DNA of 64,000 bases from Cenarchaeum sp. (GTDB lineage: Archaea > Thermoproteota > Nitrososphaeria > Nitrososphaerales > Nitrosopumilaceae). Of the stretch, positions 9,790-19,870 are shown piece after piece (the first letter of the stretch is position 1; each line of letters begins with the position of its first letter). The position numbers and the translations under genes are program-made. The stretch covers positions 192,001 through 256,000 of the forward strand of contig OY843584.1 of NCBI GenBank assembly GCA_963692915.1, read 5' to 3'. Below the pieces are notes generated by a model that was given only the letters and a program-made list of their open reading frames with translations, searched no databases and was not told the origin of the DNA.

Positions 9790-9927
9790 CTAGCCGCCTC
9801 CAGTCGCCGAGTCAAAGAGCGCACACTCGCACGCGTCACGCTCGCCGCAAAACTCGCAGACGCACTTGCACGCGCTGAGCAGCTCCCCGCACGTGACGCA
9901 GCACGCATAGTCGTCCTTTTCTGCCAT
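9790..9927 (-). CDS. Small Cys-rich protein (45 aa, 9 Cys)
   Basis: MAEKDDYACCVTCGELLSACKCVCEFCGERDACECALFDSATGGG; TATA-like TTTTATA about 27 nt upstream; ends 2 nt before the oxidoreductase alpha start. Confidence 0.75.
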   Translation of the reverse strand: MAEKDDYACCVTCGELLSACKCVCEFCGERDACECALFDSATGGG

Positions 9928-10352
9928 CGCCGCGCGCGCGTGGGGCACGTTTGTATAAAAGTGCTTGAGTTGTGTGTTGGGCATATGCCGCGCATCTGAC
10001 CCTATGAGTTGTAGATAGATTCGATATGCAGCATGGCAAGCATTATCTGCCTCATGTGGGCTACACTTACACCCCGCTCCTATCGTGGCATATCCGCACA
10101 CTGGAGATTTTGATGGCCGAGACCATGAATTGTTTATTTGTTCACACCAAACACCAGAAATAATCTCTATCTATATAGCTACATACTCCGCCCCCAATGC
10201 CGATCATGTAAATCATATACAACGTATGCGTGAAGCCAATGTGAGATTACATGTGTAGGTTGTTCACAACACTTGATGTCACTAACAGGACATAATAATC
10301 TAAGTTTAGTTTTGACGTTGCACACATAAATTCTCATCTTCAAACTGATATT

Positions 10353-11838
10353 TTACCTGATCTTCAACTCACGCAGGCGCGTAATTAGATACTCCATGGT
10401 CTTTTTTCCTTTTATTCTATTACAGCTGCTACACAACAACTGTAAATTTTCGTCATCATCGACCCCGCCTCTAGCTTTTGGTATTATGTGATCCACATCC
10501 ATGAGTCTGATCTCTGTCCATTTTTTGCAACCCTTGCATACTCCCTCTTGTCTACCATACAGGATACACTTAATGTCCCTAGAGCGTTTACCTACTCGTG
10601 TTGGAATATCTGTTCGGTGTATGATCTTATCAATGTATTTGGAAATGCCTATTTCTCGCTCCATTCTAATTTTCATCAAATCAGCTGCCTTTGATGACTT
10701 ATCAATTCCGATCCAGTTTCGTTTTAATTTTTCTGCAGCTGCACATGCTGTAGCACATCCACAAAAAGGATCAAGTACCAAATTGTCTGTGTCGGATGAT
10801 GCCTTTATTATGCATCAATAGTTCTAATGGTTTCTGTGTGGGATATCCAAGATCTTCGTTCCCTTTGACATTTCCAATATCTGCCCATATGTCGCCCATA
10901 TTTTCACCTTTGTATGAATCGAAATAAATCTTTCTTGTTAATTTTCGTTTAGAGATGGTTTTTTTAATAGTTTTCCCATTCGCTAATTTTTTCGTTATCT
11001 TTTTTTCAATTAAATCAATTGAAAAATTTCCCTTCTGGTATTCTTCTTCTAATCTGTCTTTAGACAGTCTCCAACCTGTCGGGTAGGGATTTTTAAATCC
11101 TCGCCATTCATAACACAAATTTGGTCTAGCGCCTTGCGATCGTGAACGAAATATGTGGGCTGAGTTGTCTTTCCAACGCCTACCATCTGAATCGACATTT
11201 GGGAATTCCTCTCTAATTTTTTCTTCCGTATCTAGATTGACTGTTATTTTTGGAATATTGAAAATAGACTTCCGAGAATTCTTTGCATAAAACAAAATGA
11301 CATCATGATTAGAGCCTAATTTTCTTGGTTTGTGTTGACTACCCTTGTTTCCTGTTGTTCGTTTCCAAACTATCTCATTTTTAAAATTTGTGCGTTTGAA
11401 TACGGCATCTAAAACACTTTTCAGATAATGGCTTATAGTTGGATCACAATGCAAGTAAATTGAACCGCTGTCTTTTAAAATTCTGCGCATTTCCAGTATT
11501 CTGACTGCCATGTAAATTAAATATGCTTTGACGCTTTTTCCTCCAACTATGCCAGATGATTTTAGTACTTCGTATAATCCTGCATTGTCGTGCTGAATCT
11601 CGCCCCACCATGCCTCATCAATATCCTTTAATGTCCAAACATCTGTAAATTCAGCACCTGTTGATTCTGTGCCTAATGGTGCCGCATAGTCATGATCTGA
11701 TTTAAACGGTGGATCGAGGTATATTAAATCAAACAATTCGTCGGGTAATCCTCGCATTATGTCTAGATTATCGCCGGTAAAAATGGTTCGATTTTTTAGG
11801 CTATTGCCCCCCCCCCCAACTAGATTACTGTTCTTCAA
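10353..11838 (-). pseudogene. Beta-class N6-A/N4-C DNA methyltransferase fused to C-terminal HNH nuclease, frameshifted near 10815
   Basis: GDNL, IYLDPPF (motif IV) and YPTQKPLELL lie in one frame; IIKASS..VLDPFCGCAT (motif I) and CKGC..DHIIPKARGG..NLQLLCSSCN (HNH) lie in the shifted frame. Confidence 0.82.
11807..11817 (-). repeat. G11 homopolymer tract in 5' coding region of the methyltransferase
   Basis: 11 consecutive C on the + strand, encoding GGGG in MKNSNLVGGGGNSLK. Confidence 0.9.
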
Positions 11839-12140
11839 TTGTCACAAAGGCCCCCTCGATACTGTGAAATGTCTTGTTGCAAGACTGGCGCAAATAAAAT
11901 TTAGGTTCTAAAATATGTAAAAAATTCATATTTGTGTTTTTATTGCTAATCAAATGCAGTGACCCGTGTACTTTGCCCATCTGTGTGGCACTCAGTCTCT
12001 ATATCTTGCTATATTAACATACTCTGTCTTATTAGCATGAGTTCGGCACTTCTCTGTTTATTGGGCCAAACGGGTGTGATCCTGTCGATATACTTACCTC
12101 GGCATGTCTGTCTGAGCACGAACGAGATGTGGTGCCACGC

Positions 12141-12452
12141 TCACATCATGCCGGCCTCGTGCATCGCCGTCGCATAGTCGCACTCGGCTCCCATGCGAAG
12201 GTACGGGATGAGGCGATAGTGTATCGAGTAGAGGTTGCCCTCGCGGAACAGGACGCCCTTTTGGGCAAGCGAGGCCAGGCCACGAGCTGCCATGTGGACC
12301 TCGGCCCCGCTGCACTCCTCTGCCCGCCTCTTTTGGTACTGGGCCAGCGTAAAGGACGGCTCGCCGAGCTCGAGTATGAGGGGCCATATGACGCGGGTCC
12401 ACACGAGCCTCCGCCGCTCGGTCGCCAGCGCGTACTTGCCCTTGCCACTCAT
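12141..12452 (-). CDS. Hypothetical small protein, possibly winged-helix
   Basis: 103 aa, RGLASLAQKGVLFREGNLYSI resembles recognition helix plus wing. Confidence 0.7.
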   Translation of the reverse strand: MSGKGKYALATERRRLVWTRVIWPLILELGEPSFTLAQYQKRRAEECSGAEVHMAARGLASLAQKGVLFREGNLYSIHYRLIPYLRMGAECDYATAMHEAGMM

Positions 12453-12483
12453 GCCATTAGCGTTATAATGTCCGCTACTATAT

Positions 12484-13206
12484 TTGGTTCACGTGTCCTC
12501 GCAGGAGGAGGTGCGCGAGTCCCTCGACGCCCTCATCAAGATGGGGTGGGAGGTCGACCCCGCCATACGAGACCTCACGCTAGGTCGGGCGACTGCAGTC
12601 TCTGACCGGACCGTGAGGGTCGGCTCGGTGACGTACCACATACCATATCTCGAGTCAGTCTCGCGCCACGTCCTCTGGAAGTGCCACTGGCCTGACTGCA
12701 CCAACTGCTGCGAGCGCCAGGGCCGCCTCCCGCTCACGTCTGATGACCTCATCACGATAGGGAGCGGCATGAAGTACGCGCGCGTCTCCGAGTTTGTCGC
12801 AGCCGAGACGATCATCAGCACGTGGGGCGCGCAGGGCCAGTCGGGCTCCTCCTCGGCGACCATGACTAGCATCAACCTAAAGCGGTCTGCCGGCGAGACG
12901 GCCGCGCAGGACGGCACGCGCATACCGTGCCGCTTCCTCGGCAGTGATAGCGCATGCACGCTCCATCCGGGGCGGCCCGGCGTGTGCTACCTCTATCCGT
13001 TTACGACATGGCTAGAGAGCAACCATGGCGTGCCGCAGGTTCACGCGACATTCCAGTTCACGGGGGACTGTCCGGGATTCTACCTTGCCGAGTCCATTGA
13101 TGACATGCGCGCCACGCTTGAAGAGTATGCCGGGATCATCCACGGGTACAACATGGCATACGCGCGCACGCAGCGCGAGGGCTATGCGTCCTCGGCGATG
13201 GACTAG
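12484..13206 (+). CDS. YkgJ-family (CxxxxCxxCC) zinc/iron-chelating protein
   Basis: CHWPDCTNCC, CRFL..ACTLH..RPGVCYLYPF, CPG. Confidence 0.85.
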   Translation: MVHVSSQEEVRESLDALIKMGWEVDPAIRDLTLGRATAVSDRTVRVGSVTYHIPYLESVSRHVLWKCHWPDCTNCCERQGRLPLTSDDLITIGSGMKYARVSEFVAAETIISTWGAQGQSGSSSATMTSINLKRSAGETAAQDGTRIPCRFLGSDSACTLHPGRPGVCYLYPFTTWLESNHGVPQVHATFQFTGDCPGFYLAESIDDMRATLEEYAGIIHGYNMAYARTQREGYASSAMD

Positions 13207-14213
13207 GCGCGTGCGACCTTTATGAGGTTGCGCATCTCTATGTCCATTCCAAACCGCGCCTCGTTTTTCTTCATATAGCGGTATATCGAGAGCATATCAA
13301 GTCCCTGCCTTAGCATGCTAAACCTGCCCATTAGCTTTGCGTGTACAAACCTGAACACCTTTGCGTACACCTCAAAGTGCTCGCGAACCTCGCGCTCGTA
13401 TGCTGCCACGTTGCCAATGTTCCTGGTAAATATGTCCGCGCAGACCATGCTCGGTATTATGCCCTCGCCGAGCAGCGGGAACACCGTGCCGATCGACTCG
13501 CCAACGCCGACAACCTTGCCGTCGCTGTACGGCATGCACATGTTCGGAGTCGCCAGCCTTATTGGACGGCCGACAGTCTTTGTTATCTTGCCGCCGTGCC
13601 TCTTCATAAACTCGCCTGTCTCCCTGACGTGCGCCTTTTGATAGTCGCCGGCCCCAATGTGCGCCGAGTTCTTTCCTAGCGGAAAGTACCAGAAATACCC
13701 TGACATCCCGCGAAACGGCCTAATGTAAAAGTCATCAAAGGGCACGCCGTTCTCGTACTCGACCTTGTGCTCGTATGTCGGCAGGTAAAAGTCGTTCTTG
13801 ATCTTTGGGAGGTATGACCTGTGAAACCCCGTGCAGTCGACTATAACGTCAAAGTCGCGCTCTAGGTCGCTGCGCGCCGGCGCGGCCCCGTAGCGTATCT
13901 CGCAGCCGTCGACGAGGTCGCGTATGAGGCCGATCTTGTCATACGTGCACAGCCCGTCGAGGCCTATGTGGAACTTTTCCTGGCCGTCGACCTCGACGTG
14001 CATCCTCCTTCCGTCATGCGTGACATACTTTGCAAAGTCCACGCCCGAGAGCGCGCAGAGCTCCTCCATCTTTGGCCTGCACGTGCCCCACGCGCATATC
14101 GAGTCATGCCTGTCTGCGTGCATGCGCTCAAAGCCGACGACCTCGTGCTCGCGCTTTAGCCTTGAGGCAAGATAGCTTCCCGCAACGCCAATGCCGGCTA
14201 TTGCGACCCTCAT
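13203..14213 (-). CDS. FAD-dependent oxidoreductase (geranylgeranyl reductase-like)
   Basis: MRVAIAGIGVAG Rossmann motif, CAWG, GYFWYFP, VGESIG.V.PLLGEGI. Confidence 0.88.
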   Translation of the reverse strand: MRVAIAGIGVAGSYLASRLKREHEVVGFERMHADRHDSICAWGTCRPKMEELCALSGVDFAKYVTHDGRRMHVEVDGQEKFHIGLDGLCTYDKIGLIRDLVDGCEIRYGAAPARSDLERDFDVIVDCTGFHRSYLPKIKNDFYLPTYEHKVEYENGVPFDDFYIRPFRGMSGYFWYFPLGKNSAHIGAGDYQKAHVRETGEFMKRHGGKITKTVGRPIRLATPNMCMPYSDGKVVGVGESIGTVFPLLGEGIIPSMVCADIFTRNIGNVAAYEREVREHFEVYAKVFRFVHAKLMGRFSMLRQGLDMLSIYRYMKKNEARFGMDIEMRNLIKVARA

Positions 14214-14298
14214 GGGAGGGGCACGCCGGACTCCTTGTAATAACCTGTGCGCTGCTGCACGCCTAGAGATATTAAGGGGTTTTCGCGCCTCGTGCGCA

Positions 14299-14748
14299 AT
14301 GCGCTCACACGTGCTGCAGGAGAGGCAATGGACACGCATGTGGCGGGAGAACTCGCCTGACCTGCGTGAGCGCGTCGTAAAGTGGCGCCGCGAGAACGCA
14401 GTCACTAGGATCGAGCGGCCCACGCGCCTGCAGAGGGCACGGCGCCTCGGGTACCGCGCAAAGCAGGGAATCGCCGTGGTTCGCATGCGCGTGGGAACCG
14501 GCGGCATGCGCAGGCAGCGCCCGCGCGGCGGCCGTAGGCCAAAGCACCTCGGCGTGACGAGGATAAAGGGCGATGACAGCCTAAAGACAGTGGCGCAGAG
14601 GCGCGTCCTGGAGCGCTTTCCAAACATGCTTCTCCTCGGATCGTACTTTGTCTACCGTGACGGCATACACTGCTGGTATGAGGTCATACTCGTGGATCCC
14701 GAGCACCCGAGAATATCTGGCGATCGCGAGCTCGCCGACCGCATATAG
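14299..14748 (+). CDS. rpl15e: 50S ribosomal protein L15e
   Basis: RIERPTRLQRARRLGYRAKQG, GRRPK, WYEVILVDPEHP. Confidence 0.96.
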   Translation: MRSHVLQERQWTRMWRENSPDLRERVVKWRRENAVTRIERPTRLQRARRLGYRAKQGIAVVRMRVGTGGMRRQRPRGGRRPKHLGVTRIKGDDSLKTVAQRRVLERFPNMLLLGSYFVYRDGIHCWYEVILVDPEHPRISGDRELADRI

Positions 14749-14924
14749 CGCAGCGCGCGCCTCTCGTGGGGTGCCGGCATGCCCTCATTGATCTGGACCA
14801 TTGCCATTCCCGCTTGCCATGCATGGCGCAAGTCTGCTCTGCGTGCCTTTACGGGCCGCACGCGCGCCTAGCTAGAGCTAAAAAACCGACTGCTATTTAA
14901 CGCGCCGCGTCCTGCGACGATCGC

Positions 14925-15926
14925 ATGACCACGAGAATGGTGATTGCCGCCGTCGCCACGGTGGCCGCACTGGGTCTAGCCGTTGCGCTGTATGCGGCAG
15001 CCGGCACGGAGGAGGCAGTGCGCGTGGCCTTTCTTCCCAGTGTGAGCCATGCCATACCGATCGTGGGCACGGAGCGCGCAACGTTTGCAGCCGCGCTGGA
15101 TCCGCTGCGCGTGGAGGCGCGCGTGCTTGAGAGCGGCACGCAGGCCGTACAGTCGCTACTGTCCGGAAACCTCGAGCTCGCATATGTGGGACCAGGCCCG
15201 GCAGTCAACGCGTTTGTGCGCTCCTCGGACGGAAATGTCGTGATCCTCTCGGGTGCGGCAAGCGGTGGCGTGAGCCTCGTCGCGCGCGCCGGCTCGGGCA
15301 TATCGGGCATTGCGGATCTCGACGGCATGCGCGTTGCGGTCCCGCAGGTGGCCAACTCGCAGGACGTCTCGCTGCGCCACCACCTCGCAGGGGCAGGCCT
15401 GGTTCCGGCTGACCGCGGCGGAACGGTGCAGGTGATCGCAGTCGCCGGTCCGGAGATGGTCACACTAGTATCGCGCGAGTTTATCGATGCCGCATGGGTC
15501 GCCGAGCCGTGGGCAACGCTCATCGTAGAGTCAGCCGGCGCAGTCAGGGTTCTTGAGGAGTCTTCCCTCTGGCCAGAGTCGCGATTCTCTTCAGTCGTCC
15601 TCGTCGCGCGCGCCGACTATGTGCGCGAGATGCCCGAGGCCGTCTCGTCGTGGATTCAGGCGCACGAGGAGACGGCCATGTGGATCGCCGCCAACCCCGA
15701 GCCCGCGCGTGAGGCGTACGCGTCATTTGCCGAGGGCGAGGCTCTCGCGGCGCTGCCGGCCGGCGTTCTTGAGGAGTCGTTCTCACGCGTAGAGATCACC
15801 ACAGACGCCCTCGAGCCGTCGATAGCCGAGTTCGCCGAGCGTGCCGCCGCGCTCGGGTATCTCGGCCGCTCGCCGCCAGAGATCAGTGGGATATTTTACG
15901 GGGGCGCCGCAGCGCAGGGCGGCTAG
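14925..15926 (+). CDS. ABC transporter substrate-binding protein (SsuA/TauA/NitT type)
   Basis: N-terminal TM, AYVGPGPA, VPQVANSQDV, AWVAEPW. Confidence 0.88.
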   Translation: MTTRMVIAAVATVAALGLAVALYAAAGTEEAVRVAFLPSVSHAIPIVGTERATFAAALDPLRVEARVLESGTQAVQSLLSGNLELAYVGPGPAVNAFVRSSDGNVVILSGAASGGVSLVARAGSGISGIADLDGMRVAVPQVANSQDVSLRHHLAGAGLVPADRGGTVQVIAVAGPEMVTLVSREFIDAAWVAEPWATLIVESAGAVRVLEESSLWPESRFSSVVLVARADYVREMPEAVSSWIQAHEETAMWIAANPEPAREAYASFAEGEALAALPAGVLEESFSRVEITTDALEPSIAEFAERAAALGYLGRSPPEISGIFYGGAAAQGG

Positions 15927-15932
15927 GGAGAG

Positions 15933-16709
15933 ATGGCAAAGCTAGAGTCTCGTGGAATCACAAAGTCCTTTGGCGGGGGCGGGGGGTACACGCTGCGCGC
16001 ACTCGGGGGAATCGACCTGTCCGTCGAGGCCGGAGAGTTTGTCTGCCTCGTCGGCCCGTCTGGATGCGGCAAGTCGACGTTCCTGAGGATCGTCGCCGGA
16101 CTCGACACGCCGGACTCTGGTGAGGTCATATTTGACGGGAGGCCAGTCGACGGGACCGGTCCGGAGCGCATCATGGTGTTCCAGGAGGGTGCGCTGTTCC
16201 CGTGGCTGAGCGTTGCTGACAATGTGTCATTTGGCCTCAGCGTCAACGGCGTGCCGGCCGCCGAGCGGGCCGAGATATCGGCGCGCTACCTCGAGATGAT
16301 GCAGCTAGGCCAGTTCTCCTCCTACTATCCGCACCAGCTCTCAACTGGCATGAAGCAGCGTGTTGCGATCGCGCGCGCGCTTGCGATGGATCCTGACGTC
16401 CTCTTGATGGACGAGCCGTTTGCCGCACTAGACACGCAGACGCGATACACGCTCATCGGCGAGATGCAGGAGATATGGCAGCGAACCAAAAAGACGATAC
16501 TCTTTGTGACGCACAATGTCGCCGAGTCGGCCGCACTCGCCTCGCGCGTCGTGGTGTTTGGCAACAGGCCATCGCGCATCAGGGCAGAGTTTCGCATAGA
16601 CCATCCGCGGCCGCGCCACGCCGAGGACGGTAGCCTCGCCTCGATACAGCGCGAGATACTCGCCGCGCTGCGCCCCGAGGTCACAAGGCAGGAGGGCCTA
16701 AATGGATAG
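15933..16709 (+). CDS. ABC transporter ATP-binding protein (SsuB/TauB type)
   Basis: GPSGCGKST, LSTGMKQRVAIARAL, LLMDEPFAALD. Confidence 0.93.
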   Translation: MAKLESRGITKSFGGGGGYTLRALGGIDLSVEAGEFVCLVGPSGCGKSTFLRIVAGLDTPDSGEVIFDGRPVDGTGPERIMVFQEGALFPWLSVADNVSFGLSVNGVPAAERAEISARYLEMMQLGQFSSYYPHQLSTGMKQRVAIARALAMDPDVLLMDEPFAALDTQTRYTLIGEMQEIWQRTKKTILFVTHNVAESAALASRVVVFGNRPSRIRAEFRIDHPRPRHAEDGSLASIQREILAALRPEVTRQEGLNG

Positions 16710-17460
16710 GCGCGCTGCGGCGCGCCGCGCTGCGTTCTATGCGGCCATTGTCATATCATGGCAGGCCGCCTCGTCTGCCGGAGTCCTGCCGCCTGACCTG
16801 CTGCCGTCTCCCTGGGAGGTCGCCGAGGATATTGCGCACGGCATTGCAGATGCGAGCCTGCTAGTTGGGATCGCCACGACGCTCTGGCGCCTCATAGTCG
16901 GCCTTGCCATCGCGATCGGCGCCGGCGTCCTCCTCGGCGTCGCCATGGCGAGGATCAGCCTAATCAACGAGACTATCGGCTCACTCGTCCTTGGCCTGCA
17001 GTCAATACCGTCCATAGCGTGGGTTCCCGTCGCGCTCATATGGTTTGGCGTGAGCGATGCGGGAATAGTGTTTGTGACTGCAGTCGGCGCAGTCTTTGCC
17101 GTGACTACTAGCATATACTCTAGCGTGCGCAACATACACCCGCACTATGTCGAGGCGGCCCGAAACATGGGCGCGCGCGGGACGCAGCTAGTCACGCGCG
17201 TCCTCCTGCCGGCCGCGTTCCCGCACATGCTCTCGGGCTTCAAGCAGGGGTGGGCATTTGCGTGGCGCGGAGTCGTCGGCGCCGAGATGCTCTTTTCGTT
17301 TCTTGGCCTGGGATTTTTGCTCAACGTCGGGCGCCACACAGTCGACATTTCACAAGTCGTCGCGGTCCTGGTCGTTATAATGGCCATGGGCATGGCCCTC
17401 GACGTTGCCCTCTTTCGCCGCCTCGAGGATCGCGTCATGGGCCGCTGGGGGCTGCGCTAG
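16702..17460 (+). CDS. ABC transporter permease (SsuC/TauC type)
   Basis: Multiple TMs, QSIPSIAWVP, EAARNMGA EAA motif. Confidence 0.92.
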   Translation: MDRRAAARRAAFYAAIVISWQAASSAGVLPPDLLPSPWEVAEDIAHGIADASLLVGIATTLWRLIVGLAIAIGAGVLLGVAMARISLINETIGSLVLGLQSIPSIAWVPVALIWFGVSDAGIVFVTAVGAVFAVTTSIYSSVRNIHPHYVEAARNMGARGTQLVTRVLLPAAFPHMLSGFKQGWAFAWRGVVGAEMLFSFLGLGFLLNVGRHTVDISQVVAVLVVIMAMGMALDVALFRRLEDRVMGRWGLR

Positions 17461-18413
17461 TGACAAAGCAGGCCTTTGCTGACGCGCTGCGCGAACGGAT
17501 ACTCGTCCTCGATGGCGCAATGGGCACGGAGATACAGCGCCTCGAGCCGACAGCCGAGGACTTTCCTGGCGGCCATGACGGGTTCAACGATGGCCTAGTC
17601 GCAAGCCGGCCTGACTGGATACGACGCATACACCGCTCGTACCTCGAGGCCGGAGCCGACTGCGTCGAGACTGACACGTTTGGCTCCAACAGGATAAAGC
17701 TTGCCGAGTACGGGATGGGCGACCGGACAGTCGAGCAGAACCGCCAGGCCGCCGAGCTCGCAGCCGCCGAGGCTGCCGCAGCACCACCGCCGACGCGCTA
17801 TGTCATCGGAACCATGGGGCCTACCGGATACCTGCCGAGCTCATCAGACGCCGACCTTGGCCAGATGCCCCTAGACGAGATACGCGAGGCCTTTGCGCTC
17901 CAGGCCGAGGGCCTAGTGTCTGGCGGCGTTGATGCCATACTGATAGAGACGAGCCAGGACATACTAGAGGTAAAGCTCGCCATACTTGGCGCAAGGGACG
18001 GCATGGCAAAAGTGCGGCGCGACGTGCCCATCATCGCAAACGTGACGCTTGACCGCTACGGCAAGATGCTACTTGGCACAGGGGTGCAGGCCGCATACAC
18101 GACGGTGTGCGACATGGGCATAGACGTCTTTGGCCTCAACTGCTCGACCGGACCTGAGGAGATGGAGCCTAGCGTGCGATGGCTTGACGAGAACGCCGCA
18201 CATCCAGTCCTTGTGGTCCCAAACGCCGGCATGCCCGAGAACGCCGATGGCGTGGCGATATACCGGATGGGAGCCGAAGAGATGGCCAACCGCCTCGCCT
18301 CCTTTGTGGACACGTACTCGCGCGTGCGCATCATCGGCGGGTGTTGCGGGACGAGGCCGGCGCACATATCGCGTCTGCGCGCCGCCGTTGACGAGCGCGC
18401 CAAACACTCTTAA
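17460..18413 (+). CDS. Homocysteine S-methyltransferase domain (N-terminal part of split B12-dependent methionine synthase)
   Basis: LDGAMGT, YLEAGAD, GLNCSTGP, PNAGMP, GGCCGT Zn ligands; GTG start overlaps the permease stop. Confidence 0.9.
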   Translation: MTKQAFADALRERILVLDGAMGTEIQRLEPTAEDFPGGHDGFNDGLVASRPDWIRRIHRSYLEAGADCVETDTFGSNRIKLAEYGMGDRTVEQNRQAAELAAAEAAAAPPPTRYVIGTMGPTGYLPSSSDADLGQMPLDEIREAFALQAEGLVSGGVDAILIETSQDILEVKLAILGARDGMAKVRRDVPIIANVTLDRYGKMLLGTGVQAAYTTVCDMGIDVFGLNCSTGPEEMEPSVRWLDENAAHPVLVVPNAGMPENADGVAIYRMGAEEMANRLASFVDTYSRVRIIGGCCGTRPAHISRLRAAVDERAKHS

Positions 18414-18444
18414 GCCAAACTCGGCAAGGCGCGATCCTAGAGAG

Positions 18445-19194
18445 TTGCTTCCGCTGCGTGATGAGAATCCACACCCTCCGGGATTCAAGCCAAAGGTGAC
18501 AATATTCCTAATCATCGCCAACGTTGTGGTGTTCTTCTTCGAGGTGGCGATCACCGGACAGTTCTGGGAGTTTGGCAACAATGCGGCTGCGCGCATGTTC
18601 TACGAGTGGGGCGCCGTGCCGGCGTGCGTCACGGGCACGGCTAGCATAGTCTCCTCGTGCCCCGAGATGCCATACTTTTCAATGCTGAGCTCGACGTTCA
18701 TGCATGGCGGCCTCATGCACCTTGGCGGCAACATGCTATTTCTGTGGATATTTGGCGACAATATCGAGCTAAAGTTCGGGCGTGGGGCATTTTTGGCAAT
18801 ATACCTCGCATGGGGCATACTCGCCGGCCTTGCGCATATCGCAATAGACCCCGACAGCATGATTCCGGCAGTTGGCGCCTCTGGCGCAATATCAGGCGTG
18901 CTCGGCGCGTACCTTGTCCTGTTTCCGAGGGCAAAGATAATGACATTCATGATGCTCGGCTTTTTTTGGCGCATGATGCACATCGAGGCAAAGTGGTTTC
19001 TGCCCTTTTGGCTCGTCTTTCAGAACCTCCTGCCGTTCTTTGTCAGCGGGTTTGGCATAGCGGGCGGGGGCGTGGCGTACATGGCCCACATTGGCGGCTT
19101 TGTCGCCGGAGTCGCCGTCGCGTATGCGTACAAGAGAACGCACCGCTCTGACTATATGTACGGGAGGCGGTACGGGTATGGGCAAGAGGGCTAG
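18445..19194 (+). CDS. Rhomboid intramembrane serine protease
   Basis: HGGLMHLGGNMLFLWIFGDNIE, VGASGAISG, AHIGGF. Confidence 0.93.
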   Translation: MLPLRDENPHPPGFKPKVTIFLIIANVVVFFFEVAITGQFWEFGNNAAARMFYEWGAVPACVTGTASIVSSCPEMPYFSMLSSTFMHGGLMHLGGNMLFLWIFGDNIELKFGRGAFLAIYLAWGILAGLAHIAIDPDSMIPAVGASGAISGVLGAYLVLFPRAKIMTFMMLGFFWRMMHIEAKWFLPFWLVFQNLLPFFVSGFGIAGGGVAYMAHIGGFVAGVAVAYAYKRTHRSDYMYGRRYGYGQEG

Positions 19195-19249
19195 CGCGCC
19201 GGCCTCGCACATGCCCCGTGCGCATTTGCGCATTCATGCGCGTCGTGCA

Positions 19250-19450
19250 CTATTGCCCCTGGCCAGACATGAGGAGCCTGCGGCTGCTGCGCCATATCTT
19301 TGGTCCCCACTCCCAAACCAAATAGCCAATGGACGAATACCCAAATGCGGCAAATGCAGTAACGAAAAACTCTCTCCATATGTTGTCCATGGGGAGAAGG
19401 AAAGGCCACGACAACCAGTATAGGATTTCAGAAATGTCCATGTCGTACAT
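19250..19450 (-). CDS. Possible small membrane protein or gene remnant
   Basis: 66-aa Trp/Phe-rich hydrophobic ORF in a lower-GC patch; in-frame stops upstream separate it from another hydrophobic stretch. Confidence 0.3.
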   Translation of the reverse strand: MYDMDISEILYWLSWPFLLPMDNIWREFFVTAFAAFGYSSIGYLVWEWGPKIWRSSRRLLMSGQGQ

Positions 19451-19870
19451 CTCGCGTCAGCTCGTCTGGGATCACCTGGATGCCATGGCGGCCTTTGTGA
19501 CCATGGTCACTCGACTCGGTCATCTTTTGGCCGCGAGACCAAAAATGATGGCTGCCATAGCGACTAGTCCGATCACAATGCCGATGGTGCCTGTCTCTGC
19601 CACTATTATAGGAGTCTTCAACGGACATGGAGTCATTGGGCTGTGCGGATGGCTTTACAAAGTTGGACAACGCCATTATTGGTTTCCTGCCGAGCAGTCT
19701 TTTCGGCGCGCTCGGCTGGAATGTTCCGGTTGTGGTCATGAGGACACCAGGGAACGCAACACGTGGCATGAGCATATTGGCGTGGATGGCCACACGAGCG
19801 CAGATCGCATTATTCATCAAGACGGCAAAACGCACATTGCTATATCATTGTTGGCGCCGATCTCAGGTGC

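Larger units (their letters stand above)
9960..12100. mobile_element. AT-rich horizontally acquired island (restriction-modification type cargo); boundaries approximate
   Basis: Abrupt drop in GC and Lys/Ile-rich coding compared with the GC-rich flanks. Confidence 0.7.
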
